Shown: positions 46,673-47,179 of the stretch, in pieces
How the letters are laid out: each line of letters opens with the position of its first letter
Numbering within the stretch: position 1 is the stretch's first letter
Assembly (NCBI GenBank): GCA_023434095.1
Contig: JAEYTJ010000022.1
Location: 1-47,179, forward strand
Source: Pseudomonadota bacterium
Lineage (GTDB): Bacteria > Pseudomonadota > Alphaproteobacteria > Rhizobiales > Xanthobacteraceae
Direction of reading: 5' to 3'
DNA length: 47,179 nucleotides
Made by a program: the position numbers and the translations under genes
The notes under the pieces: model-generated
Told to the model about the DNA's origin: nothing
What the model saw: the letters and a program-made list of their open reading frames with translations, nothing else
Database searches by the model: none

Positions 46673-46712
46673 GGTGCGACGGGCAGGAGGGCGTTGTCGG
46701 TGTACTTCACTC

Positions 46713-46752
46713 CGTCATCCTGAGGTGCGAGCGCAGCGAGCCTCGAAGGATG
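46713..46752. repeat. CGTCAT-tagged REP (family C), forward orientation
   Basis: CGTCATCCTGAGGTGCGAGCGCAGCGAGCCTCGAAGGATG. Confidence 0.85.
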
Positions 46753-46766
46753 GTCAGCCGCCCACG

Positions 46767-47063
46767 TCACCCCTCGCGTTGCGACGGTCGCCGCGCGGCT
46801 TTACGGACCGTCTCCCAGTCGTCGCGGATGAGTGCTTCCTTCTTGACCCGGCTCCAGCCCTTGACCTGTCGCTCCGCGGCAATGGCGTCGGTAATGCGCT
46901 CGAAGCCTTCCGACCAGATCAATGTCACCGGTCGGCGTCGGAATGTATATCCGGGGTAGCTGCCGCTCTGGTGCTCGGCGAGGCGCTTTTCCAGCGGGCC
47001 GCTGGTCGATCCGACATAGTAGGAGCCGTCAGCGCAGCGGAGCATGTGGACGAAAGCCGCCAT
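46767..47063 (-). CDS. Small stand-alone GIY-YIG nuclease (UPF0213/YhbQ-like)
   Basis: 98 aa from ATG 47063: FVHMLRCADGSYYVGST...RLAEHQSG...YTFRRRPV.L...E...AIAAERQVKGWSRVKKEALI. Confidence 0.88.
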   Translation of the reverse strand: MAAFVHMLRCADGSYYVGSTSGPLEKRLAEHQSGSYPGYTFRRRPVTLIWSEGFERITDAIAAERQVKGWSRVKKEALIRDDWETVRKAARRPSQREG

Positions 47064-47081
47064 TCCCGCCCCCCGGATGAG

Positions 47082-47123
47082 CATCCTTCGAGGCCCGGCT
47101 GGGCCGGGCACCTCAGGATGACG
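47082..47123. repeat. CGTCAT-tagged REP (family C), reverse orientation
   Basis: CATCCTTCGAGGCCCGGCTGGGCCGGGCACCTCAGGATGACG. Confidence 0.85.
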
Positions 47124-47171
47124 GTATGTGGGTGGAAAGCAAGAACCCCGCTGCGGCGGCTGCGAGAGCCA

Positions 47172-47179
47172 CGTCATCC
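47172..47179. repeat. Start of a probable fourth family-C REP, cut by the window end
   Basis: CGTCATCC at a position equivalent to the 46713 copy; only 8 nt are visible. Confidence 0.5.

Noticed and set aside
46620..47179. Repeat array as a CRISPR or an IS element
   Set aside because: The repeats alternate in orientation, spacing is irregular, and there are no cas or transposase genes; the pattern fits REP-type repeats.

Overview
High-GC alphaproteobacterial chromosomal segment. Gene content and repeats suggest Hyphomicrobiales, probably Xanthobacteraceae (Ancylobacter/Starkeya-like); this is inference. In order it holds: (1) an oxalate-catabolism cluster (partial frc, oxc, two paralogous GntR regulators, two paralogous OxlT antiporters); (2) Nudix plus thiC under a TPP riboswitch; (3) a lytic transglycosylase, a CDF exporter with a Fur/Mur-like box, and housekeeping genes (PfkB kinase, SDR, aminotransferase, double GNAT, map, radC, Tat-exported flavin amine oxidase, Inh-domain protein, 2-hydroxyacid dehydrogenase, MarR); (4) a divergent catabolic cluster for an unknown N-heterocycle, possibly a pterin (ABC importer, cytosine-deaminase-like enzyme, FAD oxidoreductase, flavodoxin-like reductase / Rid protein, creatininase-like amidohydrolase, Ldh_2 reductase); (5) ppa; (6) a zinc-uptake operon with Zur-like boxes, a His-rich membrane mini-protein, ABC transporter, COG0523 GTPase and WD40 protein; (7) an autotransporter preceded by a triple Pho box; (8) adc, a DUF1007/NiCoT pair, asd and a MazEF-like toxin-antitoxin pair; (9) a small GIY-YIG nuclease embedded in an array of CGTCAT-tagged palindromic repeats. 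The best candidates for undescribed biology are the GIY-YIG/REP cassette, the PhoB-boxed Asp-rich autotransporter, the heterocycle-catabolism cluster and the His-rich Zn-operon leader protein. All calls come from reading the sequence by eye; no database searches were run.
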